Shown in pieces: positions 31,930 to 32,000 of a stretch of 32,000 bases of DNA. The notes beneath the pieces are model-generated. The model saw nothing but the letters and a program-made list of their open reading frames with translations. It was not told the origin of the DNA and made no database searches. This DNA comes from Nitrososphaera viennensis EN76 (GTDB lineage: Archaea; Thermoproteota; Nitrososphaeria; Nitrososphaerales; Nitrososphaeraceae). Numbering within the stretch: position 1 is the first letter of the stretch; every line of letters starts with the position of its first letter. Position numbers and translations under genes: made by a program. The stretch is taken from positions 30,001 to 62,000 of the forward strand of contig NZ_CP007536.1 of the NCBI RefSeq assembly GCF_000698785.1. The letters run 5' to 3'.

Positions 31930-32000
31930 CTACCGTTACTGTATGTGCAGCGCCAGCGGCGAGCGTGCTATGCGTGCTTGCCAATTTTTTTAGTTCTTTG

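Noticed and set aside
31754-31984. 76-aa minus-strand ORF.
   Set aside because: It overlaps tRNA-Gly, and its upstream part is made from the repeat region. No promoter is evident.
1-32000. Search for CRISPR arrays, transposases/integrases, toxin-antitoxin pairs, restriction-modification or other defence genes, and rRNA.
   Set aside because: I saw no regularly spaced direct repeats, no ORFs with recognisable transposase, integrase, nuclease-defence or methyltransferase motifs, and no rRNA-like sequence. The small RHH-like ORF has no adjacent toxin-like partner.

Overview
This looks like a chromosomal window from an ammonia-oxidising archaeon resembling Nitrososphaera (Thaumarchaeota/Nitrososphaerota). 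That call is an inference from gene content. The window carries archaeal informational genes (aCPSF1/FttA, Spt5, L32e, L19e, glycerol-1-phosphate dehydrogenase, archaeal DtdA and an intron-containing tRNA) together with amoC and nirK. Both flanks (1-12.7 kb and 21.9-32 kb) are tightly packed housekeeping genes. These include trpS, pheS/pheT, a PP-loop tRNA thiolase-like gene, fttA, egsA, prs, rnz, rpl32e/rpl19e, ogt, dtdA, spt5, a sirC-hemA-hemB tetrapyrrole operon and two tRNAs. The centre (about 12.7-21.8 kb) is a copper, nitrogen-oxide and cell-envelope block. It starts with a PKD-domain membrane protein. Next, a NirK-type nitrite reductase is transcribed divergently from an orphan amoC across an unusually AT-rich 270 bp control region. 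A same-strand string follows: two-domain multicopper oxidase, ZIP permease, a tiny ribbon-helix-helix-like ORF below the ORF-track cutoff, then a secreted FxLYD-repeat protein with a PEF-type C-terminal sorting signal. A second FxLYD-repeat paralog, ending in a CFI-box membrane tail, lies nearby. That string is my best candidate for an uncharacterised system, possibly envelope copper handling, but its function is inference only. I found no CRISPR array, transposase, integrase or rRNA. Many long antisense ORFs in the track look like artefacts of GC-rich coding sequence. Several track ORFs needed start-codon trimming (pheT, egsA, L19e, hemA, amoC, the SRPBCC gene and the PKD gene).
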